Shown: positions 46,903 through 58,800 of the stretch, in pieces
How the letters are laid out: each line of letters starts with the position of its first letter
Numbering within the stretch: the first letter of the stretch is position 1
Assembly: GCA_012295275.1 (NCBI GenBank)
Contig: CM022672.1
Location: forward strand, 35,526,001-35,590,000
Origin: Chrysomallon squamiferum
Lineage: Eukaryota > Animalia > Mollusca
Length of the DNA: 64,000 nucleotides
Reading direction: 5' to 3'
The notes under the pieces: model-generated
What the model saw: only the letters and a program-made list of their open reading frames with translations
Database searches by the model: none
Told to the model about the DNA's origin: nothing
Position numbers and translations under genes: made by a program

Positions 46903-49900
46903 CAATGTTAATTAACTACAACGTACATGAGGTGCCATGTCTCCATCCTGCAGGAGTCTGCTGATCATCTCCCACTTGTCATCTGCTGAACCTTTTGTAG
47001 AAATCTGTTTGCGTAGAATGTCCCCCATTGACAGGTGAACCGTGCCAGGGTACCGGGCCACGATCTTCTCACACTGGGTGCCCTTGCCACTCCCAGGCCC
47101 ACCTGTATGTGTAAATAACTTATTTTACATTGATACACACTGTATTACACCTGTATGTGTAAATAACTTATTTTACACTGATAAACACCGTATTACACCT
47201 GTGTGTGTAAATAACTTATTTTACACTGATATACACCATATTACACCTGTCTGTGTAAAAAACTTATTTTACATTGATATACACCATATTACACCTGTGT
47301 GTGTAAATAACTTATTTTACATTGATATACACCGTATTACACCTGTGTGTGTAAATAACTTATTTTACATTGATAAACACCGTATTACACCTGTGTGTGT
47401 AAATAACTTATTTTACATTGATAAACACCGTATTACACCTGTGTGTGTAAATAACTTATTTTACACTGATACACACCGTATTACACCTGTGTGTGTAAAT
47501 AACTTATTTTACACTGATACACACCGTATTACACCTGTGTGTGTAAATAACTTATTTTACATTGATACACACTGTATTACACCTGTGTGTGTAAATAACT
47601 TATTTTACACTGATACACACCGTATTACACCTGTGTGTGTAAATAACTTATTTTACACTGATAAACACCATATTACACCTGTGTGTGTAAAAAACTTATT
47701 TTACATTGATATACACCGTATTACACCTGTGTGTGTAAATAACTTATTTTACATTGATACACACCGTATTACACCTGTGTGTGTAAATAACTTATTTTAC
47801 ATTGATACACACTGTATTACACCTGTGTGTGTAAATAACTTATTTTACACTGATACACACCATATTACACCTGTGTGTGTAAAAAACTTATTTTACACTG
47901 ATATACACCATATTACACCTGTCTGTGTAAAAAACTTATTTTACATTGATATACACCATATTACACCTGTGTGTGTAAATAACTTATTTTACATTGATAT
48001 ACACCATATTACACCTGTGTGTGTAAATAACTTATTTTACATTGATATACACCATATTACACCTGTGTGTGTAAATAACTTATTTTACATTGATACACAC
48101 TGTATTACACCTGTGTGTGTAAATAACTTATTTTACACTGATAAACACCATATTACACCTGTGTGTGTAAATAACTTATTTTACATTGATATACACTGTA
48201 TTACATTTGTGTGTGTAAATAACTTATTTTACATTGATATACACTGTATTACACCTGTGTGTGTAAATAACTTATTTTACATTGATATACACTGTATTAC
48301 ACCTGTGTGTGTAAATAACTTATTTTACACTGATAAACACTGTATTACATCTGTGTGTGTAAATAACTTATTTTACACTGATATACACCGTATTACACCT
48401 GTGTGTGTAAATAACTTATTTTACACTGATAAACACTGTATTACACCTGTGTGTGTAAATAACTTATTTTACATTGATATACACCATATTACACCTGTAT
48501 GTGTAAATAACTTATTTTACACTGATAAACACTGTATTACACCTGTGTGTGTAAATAACTTATTTTACACTGATAAACACCGTATTACACCTGTGTGTGT
48601 AAATAACTTATTTTACATTGATATACACTGTATTACACCTGTGTGTGTAAATAACTTATTTTACATTGATAAACACTGTCTCACACAAACATTTCTTAAT
48701 ACAAAACTTTAAAAGTGAATGAAAATAGCATCAATGTTCCATGCACATGTGCATGTATGCATGCCCACACAACACACACACACACACACACAATACATAC
48801 ACACAACATATGAACAAATACATCAAAGAAATGAGTGCAGTATAATGTTTTGAAAATAAATAACAGTTAAAATTTTATGTAATTTTTTTTAAAAAACATA
48901 TTTTATGTTGTCATTTAAACTATTTTAACATTTTCTCTTTATTAAAAAATATTCTTGTTCATAGTTCACACACAAACACACACAAACACACACACCCACA
49001 AACAAATTATTAATTAAAAGAACTCTATAATAACATTTGAATAATAATAACAGTTAGTAACAATGCCTAATCACGACAGTAACAAAGAAAGTGTTGATGT
49101 ACCTGCAATGAAAATGATTGGACACTGTGGAAGACCTGGTTTGCGACCCTCGTCCTGGATGTTGATTTCTGCTGGTAAAGCAAGCACATCACTGACTGCA
49201 GGTACAAGTGGTACTTTGGTACTTTGGTCTTCTGGGGTAATCCTGTCATCTTCTTGTGGTTGTACCTCTGAAAAATAAATCTATTTATGAAAACAGAGCA
49301 TGCTTCATTAATTTCATTTTATTTTAATTAAAAAATTATTCTGCTGCTTTGGAAATTACAAATATGCTTGAATAAAACAATATATTTTTTTTAATGTTAT
49401 GATTTTAAAATAAATTTTAAATTAATAAAAATGTAGTTAAAAAATTTACCTTCTGTGTCTGTGTTGTCCAGTGGTTTTCTATGCACAACGTGATCCTCAA
49501 ACTTTGTGGAAATTTCTTCACTCAAATCATTTTCATTTTTCTCCCCATCCAACTGAAATTACAGAAAATGTTTTTATATACGTCTGTCATATTAAATAAT
49601 ACAGAATTCAATAAACAAAAAAAACTAAGTAAACTGACTTATACAAGTTGTTGCATTTACAACATTTTAGAACTATTATCAGAACTTCTGTTTGAACTAT
49701 TTTATCACATGGGATAAAATTAGTCAGGATGGGAGAACTGCAAAGGAGAAACAACTTTTGTTGGCTTAATTACAAGAAGTTTAAAATTACTTTCTTTTAT
49801 GCATGTCAACAATTATTTTATTTTATAAAAATGTTGACCAGAATATATTACAGTTATAAAGGGAGACAACTTCTGTTAATGTATTTACAAGATAGTTAAA

Positions 49901-51832
49901 ATATAAGAAATTAATTATAAGATATTTAAAAGAAACTTATATTTTATATTATTAAAGATAGAAAGAGAGACAGATACAGAAAGATAGAGATATCAACATT
50001 CATGTTATTTTATAAAAACATGTGGACAGAGAACAATATATCAGAAAATGAGAAAAAGGGAGTTTTGGAATGTAACACACAATGATAACTGTTGTCATCA
50101 TCATAAAGTTTGATCACTGGAAGAGTAAAGTCTCTAAAAATTAGAAAATGGGAGTTTTAAGAAAGTTTTAAGAAAGTACACACAATGATAACTCTGTTGT
50201 CATCATCATAAAGTTTGATCACTGGAAGAGTAAAGTCTCTGAATAGTTGCAGACGTCTGTCCACAACTTCGCTTTGGTTTCGCAGTCCGCTGATTTTTGT
50301 TCCTTCTTTCAACAGTCTCTGCCTCAGTGTGTTTTCTTCACAGTCCAACACCAGAATCAAGTCAACTCTACCAACCTAATTTTAAATAAAAATATTATAC
50401 ACACAAGTTTATAAATAATAATATTAATAATAATAATAATAATAATAATAAAATAATAAGAACAACAACAACAATAATATAATTGAATAATAATGTAACA
50501 ATATTTTAATAATATTAATAATAATAATTATTATTATTATTATTATTTTTAATAATTATAAATAAAAATTAAAATTAAATTTTAAATGAAGTGAAATGAA
50601 GACATGAATAAAATGAATAAACTGTTACGTGTTTTTCAAAGTCATCTGCTTGCTCTTTGGTTCGTGGGTACCCGTCTATAATGAAACCTTTGGCGTTTTT
50701 GTTCTTCTGAACGTGCTTCAGCAACAGTTCTGTGACAACATCCTAGAAATAAATCTTCTTTCATTAATGTAAGTTATTTTATAATTTATCTTCATAATTA
50801 TATTGTTTAATTAAAAAATTATGTTTTGTCAAACAAAATAATAAAAATTAAAAACAAACAAAAACACCTGCTTTTGCAAAAAAACTAAACAATAATGAAT
50901 AATAATAAAAATTTTGAACAGTGTAGATGGAATAGAAATAAATTTATTCCAACCTGTGGAACAAACTCTCCATTTGTGACTACATCTCGCACCATCTTCC
51001 ATCTTTCCTCTGCCGCTCCTTTCTCAGTTATCCCCTCCTGAATGAGCTCTCCCATAGAGAGATGGATCCAGCCATCGTGTTTACTAATAAGTCTCTTTAT
51101 CTGCTTCTGTCTGCCACTCCCTGGGCCTCCTGCATAGCCATGTTTACATTAGTTATATATGTGTGTGCATGTATGTTTGTATGCACATGCATGTGTGTGT
51201 GTGCATGTGTGTGTGTGTGTGTGTGTGTGCATGTGTAAATGCATACACAAACACACTGTAGTCTAATTTATTTTGGAAGAGTATGATGGTGTGAATTTAT
51301 ATAAAAATTTTAATATTGTGTTTAATAGTCTAGTTACTAATGATTAGAATTTAGAAAAAGAAAAAAAACTGTTAATCATAAAAGTGAATTCTCTTGTTTT
51401 TTGTAAATCAGTCATTAAGCTTATCAGCAAAAAATACAACACACACACACACACACACATTATATTGAATAAAGCCAATCATCACAATATTAAAATTCTG
51501 AAAATATATGATCTTTTATAATATATGAATGTTATTGTTATTATTATTAATATTAAGTACCAGCTGAAATACAATTTTAAAAATAAACACTTCTTTTCAC
51601 TGGAATTGTTTCCTATTAAACTGATTATTGAACTGATTTTTAAACTGATTATTGAACTGATTATTAAACTGATTATTAAACTGATTATTGAACTGATTAT
51701 TAAACTGATTATTAAACTGAACTTGCCCATTACAAACACAAACGGTACGTCTGGTGACTCAAATGTGGACACTGAGGATGTTATGGGTGGTAAAGGAGTC
51801 CCCCTCCCCTCCTCAAGAGGCTTTGGCTCCTC

Positions 51833-51864
<32 letters not shown>

Positions 51865-52269
51865 GAAATGAATATTCCAAAAATACACACTCAGATAAGA
51901 CATACATATAACAAGATATTAATAAATATAAAGACCTCAGAAATAAGGGTTTTTTTTATACACAGTAGATGTTTGTAATTGAAACTGTGAAAAGAAAATG
52001 TTATTGTCAAGTGTACATCAATTCTTTGTTATATAAGATTACCTTGGTTATATCTGACAAATAAAATAAATAAAAAATTCAGAGAGAACAATCATAAAAG
52101 TAATATAAAAATCTGAAGTTTTAATCTGATCTGTGTCAAAAAAGGTAAAAGACACTAAATGTATGAATGTATGTAAGTATGTATGTGTATGTTTGTGTGT
52201 GTATCTGTATCACTCTTTCTGTAATATATGTATGTATGTATGTATGTATGAATGCATGTATGTAAGAAC

Positions 52270-52315
<46 letters not shown>

Positions 52316-54717
52316 ATGTATAATGTGATTGAGTGGGCAGTGAGGACAATGAGAACTTACATATTTATATTTCTGTTGAACTAAAACTGATTTACCTTTT
52401 GCACTTGTAACTGTTCCTCTGTCTTTGTCTGAGACATATATATATAAATTTCTGTTGAAGTGTAACTAAACGCTGATTTACCTTTTGCACTTGTAACTGT
52501 TCCTCTGCTTGTTGGGCGTTTTCCGTTTTCAGGTGTGATGGGAGGAAGTGGACTCCGAGGACTCTTCAGATCCACAAACATGTTCCACCTGATCTGACCA
52601 TTGGCCTTGACCACGTTGAGACAGTCGACGAGGTACTGCAGGTGATCAGCTGGGCGGTGAAACATCAGCCCAGTCATCAGACTCTGAACAAATAACAGAC
52701 ATAAATAAATAAAACTACAAATGATGTTAACAGACATGTTAGAATTCTGTCAAATCTGAACAAATAACAGACATAAATAAAACTATGAATGATGTTGACA
52801 GACATGTCAGAATTCTGTCAAATCTGAACAAATAACAGACATAAATAAAACTATGAATGATATTAACAGACATGTTAGAATTCTGTCAAATCTGAACAAA
52901 TAACAGAAAATATAACTATGAATGATATTAACAGACATGTTAGAATTCTGTCAAATCTGAACAAATAACAGACATAAATAAAACTATGAATGATATTAAC
53001 AGACATGTTAGAATTCTGTCAAATCTGAACAAATAACAGACATAAATAAAACTATGAATGATATTAACAGACATGTTAGAATTCTGTCAAATCTGAACAA
53101 ATAACAGACATAAATAAAACTATGAATGATATTAACAGACATGTTAGAATTCTGTCAAATCTGAACAAATAACAGACATAAATAAAAATAACTATGAATG
53201 AAATATTAACAAATTACAGACATGTTAGAATTCTGTCAAATCTGAACAAATAACAGACATAAATAAAACTATGAATGATATTAACAGACATGTTAGAATT
53301 CTGTCAAATCTGAACAAATAACAGACATGTTAGAATCCTGTTAAATCTGAACAAATAACAGACATGTTAGAATTCTGTCAAATCTGAACAAATAACAGAC
53401 AAAATAAAACTATGAATGATATTAACAGACATGTTAGAATTCTGTCAAATCTGAACAAATAACAGACATGTTAGAATCCTGTCAAATCTGAACAAATAAC
53501 AGACATGTTAGAATCCTGTCAAATCTGAACAAATTACAGACATGTTAGAATTCTGTCAAATCTGAACAAATAACAAAAAATAAAACTATGAATGATATTA
53601 ACAGACATGTTAGAATTCTGTCAAATCTGAACAAATAACAGACAAATGTTAAATCCTATTAAATGAACTAATAACAGACATGTTAGAATCCTGTCAAATC
53701 TGAACAAATAACAGAAAATAAAACTATGAATGATATTAACAGACATGTTAGAATTCTGTCAAATCTGAACAAATAACAAAAAATAAAACTATGAATGATA
53801 TTAACAGACATGTCAGAATTCTGTCAAATCTGAACAAATAACAGACATAAATAAAACTATGAATGATGTTAACAGACATGTTAGAATTCTGTCAAATCTG
53901 AACAAATAACAGAAATAAAACTATGAATGATGTTAACAGACATGTTAGAATTCTGTCAAATCTGAACAAATAACAGACATAAATAAAACTATGAATGATG
54001 TTAACAGACATGTTAGAATCCTGTCAAATCTGAACAAATAAAAAGCAATATATATCTGTGTGTGTGTACATATAATTCATATAGGTGTGTAATAAAAATA
54101 CATTTTATATATATATATGGAGATACACATAAACACACACCTGTTGGGTATACATAAGTGTGTAGGTGTGTGCATATGTTTACATATGTATGTAGATATC
54201 TATAGGTATATATGTATCTCTTTCTCCATGTATATATATATTTGTATTACATACCTATATGAATTATGTGTGCTTTGTATACCATTTTGTTTTTGTGAAC
54301 CACTGTACATTTCTTTGTTAGCATGTATGTGCTGAGTGCACTTATATGTGTATATAGATTGTGTGTTTATATATGTATATATGTATGTATGTGTATGTAT
54401 GTATGTATGTATGTAGCTTGAAGTGGTGCACGACTATAGAAATAATCTGATGGTAACAACATTTAATAACACAATGACAGATATATTTATTTATTATTTG
54501 GCTGATAATATTTTTATTATTTTTTATTTTGAACAAACAATATTTCTAATTTTTATAATCTGTTCTCCACATAACCAGTAATTGGAATAATAACATTAGG
54601 ATTCGAGGTTATTTAAACCGTGTTTTATGATGTAATGTTAATGTTTAAACTACTAACCTCAAATAAACGAGGTATTTCTCGCTTTGACAGATACGTCTTT
54701 GCATCTTCGGTCGTCAT
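18149..54717 (-). CDS. AK5: AK5-like multi-domain adenylate kinase: N-terminal docking segment plus 5 tandem AK domains, 29 coding exons, about 1192 aa
   Basis: Manual exon chain with consistent phases, transcript order: 54658-54717, 52482-52683, 51727-51831, 50954-51129, 50629-50742, 50184-50375, 49450-49552, 49103-49267, 46927-47102, 44593-44706, 42443-42634, 41584-41664, 39977-39995, 35824-35931, 32323-32361, 31842-32005, 31371-31487, 29881-30072, 29256-29328, 27393-27434, 26525-26688, 25696-25812, 25249-25440, 24129-24204, 23531-23581, 22852-23015, 22088-22204, 21215-21406, 18149-18220 (3579 nt including stop). The N-terminus [31 protein letters not shown] resembles vertebrate AK5. [15 protein letters not shown] and RxDDN motifs recur. 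The linker exons 39977-39995 and 35824-35931 are the least certain. Confidence 0.88.
18495..18750. repeat. 82-bp tandem repeat x3
   Basis: aatgctatgtgttgtaaaagaact...gttatataagac recurs at 82-bp spacing. Confidence 0.85.
19480..21180. repeat. 27-bp minisatellite in the last AK intron
   Basis: Unit cagatacagagaataccgtctgctgta shifts to a cagatacagggaatactgtc variant after ~20300. Confidence 0.95.
21357..21922. repeat. 63-bp acceptor-plus-exon minisatellite (9 units including the real exon start)
   Basis: Same unit as 4308-6362. Confidence 0.95.
22948..23225. repeat. 100-bp acceptor-plus-exon repeat (3 units including the real exon start)
   Basis: Same unit as 7270-9235. Confidence 0.93.
24129..27434 (-). 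CDS. AK domain 4 exons (AK1-like)
   Basis: Exons 27393-27434, 26525-26688, 25696-25812, 25249-25440, 24129-24204. They share the 164/117/192-nt core exon sizes and motifs of domain 3. Confidence 0.9.
25801..26390. repeat. 55-bp minisatellite (~10 units) containing the acceptor plus first 12 nt of exon 25696-25812
   Basis: Unit caacacagtgtcctacagagacaacacaaacatttcatttatcctacactttaat. Confidence 0.92.
27636..28977. repeat. 12-bp-based intronic satellite (cagtacagcagt / cagtacaccagt variants)
   Basis: Direct reading. Confidence 0.95.
29256..32361 (-). CDS. AK domain 3 exons (AK1-like)
   Basis: Exons 32323-32361, 31842-32005, 31371-31487, 29881-30072, 29256-29328: [43 protein letters not shown]...[10 protein letters not shown]...[15 protein letters not shown]. 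Confidence 0.9.
30044..30554. repeat. 48-bp minisatellite (~11 units) = acceptor plus first ~29 nt of the domain-3 LID exon
   Basis: The minus-strand unit reads [16 protein letters not shown]. One unit is 47 bp. Confidence 0.95.
34183..34645. repeat. 47-bp minisatellite (~10 units)
   Basis: Unit gaagatttatgtatagtggattttgtacaaataaaatattgtataat. Confidence 0.93.
40761..40793 (-). CDS. Putative alternative first coding exon [11 protein letters not shown] (N-acylation-type leader)
   Basis: gaaaATGG start context, 11 codons, then an AAG|gtaaag donor in phase 0 that matches the next exon (39977-39995). Confidence 0.6.
40853..40866 (-). promoter_or_regulatory. RFX X-box-like motif GTTACCATAGTGAT upstream of the alternative first exon
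   Basis: Two mismatches to GTTACCATAGTAAC, 60 bp upstream of the ATG at 40793. TGAGTCA (AP-1-like) lies at 40841-40847. Confidence 0.45.
41584..49267 (-). CDS. AK domain 2 exons
   Basis: Exons 49103-49267, 46927-47102, 44593-44706, 42443-42634, 41584-41664: [20 protein letters not shown]...HLSMGDILR...FIIEGYPR...[14 protein letters not shown]. Confidence 0.88.
42619..43540. repeat. 43-bp minisatellite (~21 units) = acceptor plus first 16 nt of the domain-2 LID exon
   Basis: Unit aactcagtcctccgatctacaacaatcagcaacacgctatcac. Confidence 0.95.
44070..44592. repeat. 38-bp minisatellite (~13 units) repeating the GTAAGT donor of exon 44593-44706
   Basis: Unit atcacagagtttgtgatataaaacttactgtatgctct. 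It abuts the real donor and decays away from it. Confidence 0.9.
47100..48680. repeat. 48-bp minisatellite (~33 units) repeating the acceptor (acag|GTG) of the domain-2 P-loop exon
   Basis: Unit acacctgtgtgtgtaaataacttattttacattgatatacaccgtatt. Confidence 0.95.
49450..51831 (-). CDS. AK domain 1 exons (degenerate catalytic motifs)
   Basis: Exons 51727-51831, 50954-51129, 50629-50742, 50184-50375, 49450-49552: [16 protein letters not shown]...[10 protein letters not shown]...GFIIDGYPR...[23 protein letters not shown]. Confidence 0.85.
52482..54717 (-). CDS. Exons 1-2 of the AK gene: AK5-type N-terminal dimerisation/docking (RIIa/Dpy-30-like) segment
   Basis: Translation [20 protein letters not shown]|[37 protein letters not shown], with canonical GT/AG boundaries at 54657 and 52684. 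Confidence 0.85.
52684..54040. repeat. ~68-bp (and shorter variant) minisatellite repeating the exon-2 acceptor (tctgttatttgttcag)
   Basis: Unit ctgaacaaataacagacataaataaaactatgaatgatattaacagacatgttagaattctgtcaaat, starting exactly at the acceptor. Confidence 0.93.
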
Positions 54718-55110
54718 TTTACCGCTTTTGCAGCGGATATACTTCGAATTTTGGGAAGATATGATGGTTGTTTAGCCTCTTAAAATAGAGGATTTTTAGA
54801 GACCATCAATTTCATCGACTGTATCTAAGGACAACAAACGAAGTCCGCAGGCGGTAAAAAGAATCATTTTGTCAAACAAAATAGTGCGAGGACAAATAGT
54901 TGTTAACGAAATGAAAGCTTTTCAAAAATATTAAGTTTGCAAAAATATATGCATGAATGGAATGGATAACTATGATTTTTACCTAAATTTAGCCTTTTCA
55001 AGATTTTATTGAATGTGCAACAATTTCAACCCGGGCACCTTGTATTAATGAGGAGATAACTCCTTAGTGTCTTATTAAACTTGACAGGTATAGTAAACAA
55101 AATATATTTA

Positions 55111-55179
<69 letters not shown>

Positions 55180-55283
55180 AATAAATAAATATTCTGTTCA
55201 CCATCTTTTTTTTTCTAAAAGTTACATCGAGTGTTTTTTGTATATTTCTGTCGGGTTTTGTTTACATAGCGCAGTAAACTAAG

Positions 55284-55326
<43 letters not shown>

Positions 55327-55412
55327 GTTTGTGTGTGTGTGTAATTTATACTCTTATGGAACAATTTATTTAGAAGCAAAATATCATAACTTTATTTTCA
55401 GAGACATTTGCA

Positions 55413-55452
<40 letters not shown>

Positions 55453-55815
55453 TGATAAATAAATAAATTAATTAATTAAACTGCATCGATAGGCCATAAA
55501 ATAATTTCGAATAGCTTAATCATTGCTAATAACTAATCTAATTAACGCTTTTTAGTAGCAACTGTGTTCATAATGAAGTTTATATTTGGTCACATTTCAC
55601 CGACCGTTATACATTTTTCGTTTCTTATGAATTATATTTAATAAGGGATCAACTATTGAGGCGAACAGCAGAACATTTAAAGAAATTCTAAGAAGGAATT
55701 TATTACTTTGCATTTTTTTTTTTTTTTTTTTTTGATGCTCCATATAAAGATGGAAATTGAAGACAACTGTGAAAGTCGTTGTGAAAGATAACTTATCGAA
55801 AGAAGAGTTCTAGAG
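54718..55815. promoter_or_regulatory. Divergent (head-to-head) promoter region shared by the AK gene and ZGPAT
   Basis: The two ATGs point away from each other, 1098 bp apart. CpG is locally higher near both ends, and an X-box-like GTATCTAAGGACAAC lies at 54821-54835. Confidence 0.65.
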
Positions 55816-58800
55816 ATGGACGTAACAAATTTAGAATCATCGCTTGAACAATATCGTTCTCAGGTTGCATTTTAATTTCAGAAAACAAAATCAGAGATTT
55901 TTTCCAAATCATTCACATATTAGTATTATTTTTGTTTGTTTGTTGTTTAATATATGTTTTTAATGTTTAAAACCATTCATTAAAAATGACTTGACGATCG
56001 ATCCATCAGTTGATAATTTAAATGTTTGTTTTTATTTTTAACTTGACTGTTTATTATTTTTACATTTAGTCTTAGTCCATCTAAACCACAGTTATAATGC
56101 ATAAATCTATCAATATTTTCATCCTTCACAAACCTCAGACATGTTTTCTATTTAAAAACTAAAACTAAATTAATAAATTAACAAAAATGAATAACATACC
56201 AAAGTCTGAAAGTGAAACATATTCTACTAGGAAATATTTTTCTTTCTTTTAAAGATCTTATTACCAAACAATTTCTCTGCACTTAAAACATTAAATATTA
56301 ATGCTAACTGAAGAAATACTGTTCTTTGCACTATTTTTTTGATAATGATTGACGTAATCAGTTATTGCAGAACTAAGATTTGAAACTACATTGATATGTG
56401 AAACTACTTACAACTGTTATTTGTGTGAAAAAAAAAAAAAAAAAAAAACACCCACCTAGCAAAGACAACATCAAAATCTTTTTCTTTTCAATTTTATACT
56501 CTTCTAAGATCTGTGATAATACTGACAGAAAACATTAATTACATATTTGTCTTCTATGAAATTTATTATTGTTATTGTGAGTGTAGAAAAAATATTTTAA
56601 AAGACATCTTCATCAGTATTTCTGTTTAGAATTTAATAAAAGAAGTGTATAAATAAAAATTACTGTTTTTCAAAATTTAGAAGAAAATTTACTTGATCAT
56701 AATTTTAACCTTTTAAAGCAATTTATTATTAATTGGAGCTAAATATTTAATGATGAATAGCATTTATACACTTAGAGGAATAAAAGTGATAAATATTGTG
56801 TTACTTTTTTAAATGTAATGTTTCATTTCCTGACTCGCTGATTATAAACAAATAAAATAAAATAAAACAATATAAAAAAATATTTAGTTTTCAGTTATGT
56901 GTCGTCATTAAACTAGACAGTTCATTAACTGTTATAATTTTAACATTTTTTTTATATCTTACTTTCATAGCTGTTTCAGGTTGAAGAAACACTGAAAGCT
57001 GTTGGAACAAGTGAAGATTTAGAAGACCTGAAAGGAGATCTCAATGAGTTGATCACAATCACAGAAGGTTTCTACCTAAGATGTTCATGAATGTGTGTAT
57101 GTTGTATTTGTTTGTATGAGTTTATATGTAAGTGTGTATGCATTATCTAGTTTTGTAAACAACTTTTAATAACTGAAAATCAAATGTACTTTTTTCTCAG
57201 GACAGAAAATAATCTTTTGACCTTTAAAGTAAGTAAGTAGGCAAGCAAGCATGTATACTTATTCATGAGATAAATTTAAAAATAAAAATGATAATGAAAG
57301 ATGAATAGCAGCTAATATTTCAATTTTGAACAGTACATGATTTTTATTATTATTAATATTTTACAGTGAGGTAAGTTTTAAGAAAGTTTTAATATGTGTG
57401 TAAGGATTTTAAAAATCTGATGTCTGTGGCTGTTTGAATCATGCCTAATTATAAAAATTAATTCTGAGAACCAGTGTCAACAAGATAACTGTGGGTTCTT
57501 GGAAATTTCAACATAGGACTGATAGGTGGGAATGAAATTATGTTTGTAAATGTTAGATTATAATAATTTTCAATAATTAGCTAAAATGTGTAATATTATC
57601 TTCTTTCTTTTCTTTTTTTGTTTTCTAATCCACATAAGTTGAAAGTTAACACAGTGATTTAGTATTTACTAAGATCACTTGCAGTGGATCATTTAGTTAA
57701 GACATTTTGTATATACTGATATTTAAATGTTTAGTTTCTAACAGTAAGACAGTTTTGAATGCTACAAAATTTTATCTTTATTTTATCTATAATTGTAATT
57801 CTTACATTTGGTTCAGAGAGTTTACTGGCACTGAAGAAAAGTGAGCTACTAAAACAAATAGAAGACATTGAAAAAAACGATCCAGACTATGATAATATTC
57901 AGGTGAAAATGTTTTTACTTGTTCATCATCATTTAATATAAATATACAACTGATGTTGAAATAATTTTTCTTTTTCTTTTCCACACCTTCATTCCACCTT
58001 TATTAATTGTATTTGGTCAAAGGAATACATTAAAATCAATATTTTTGCAAATTTTTCTTAAGTCATATATACTATATATATAGTATTGTTCTTTTGTCTC
58101 ATCAATGACTTCTGGTGCAATAATTTATTTATTATTCAGTCAGAAACCATTTTTCAAAATATTTTGATCTTGGATGCAAATTGATTGATTTTGTAATATA
58201 TTTATATATATATATTTATATTTTGTTCTTGTAGACGTCAGATTGTGAAACATCTTCAAATAAAAAAGTGGACAACATCGCTGAGTCCCCGGCTGTTGGT
58301 CAGTGTGGCGATGTTGAAAAAGTTTTCTCGCAGCTGGTGGGACTCAAATGTCAGGCGCCGTTTTCTCACTCGTGGGGGGAGCTGGACTACCACAACGCCC
58401 TCATTTTGTCTGTACACGCAGCACATGACGAAGCGTTTCCCAAGGTTAACTCATCAAAAACACATCAGTGTTAATTGTTTACATTCAAAAACATCAGTGT
58501 TAAATGTTTACATATAAAAACATCAGTGTTAAATGTTTACATTCAAAAACATCAGTGTTAAATGTTTACATTCAAAAACACATCAGTGTTAAATGTTTAC
58601 ATATAAAAACATCAGTGTTAAATGTTTACATTCAAAAACACATCAGTGTTAAATGTTTACATATAAAAACAGTGTTAAACGTTTACATTCAAAAACATCA
58701 GTGTTAAATGTTTACATATAAAAACATCAGTGTTAAATGTTTACATTCAAAAACACATCAGTGTTAAATGTTTACATATAAAAACAGTGTTAAATGTTTA

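Noticed and set aside
47042-48712. 556-aa ORF ([13 protein letters not shown] repeats)
   Set aside because: A 48-bp minisatellite read antisense to the AK intron.
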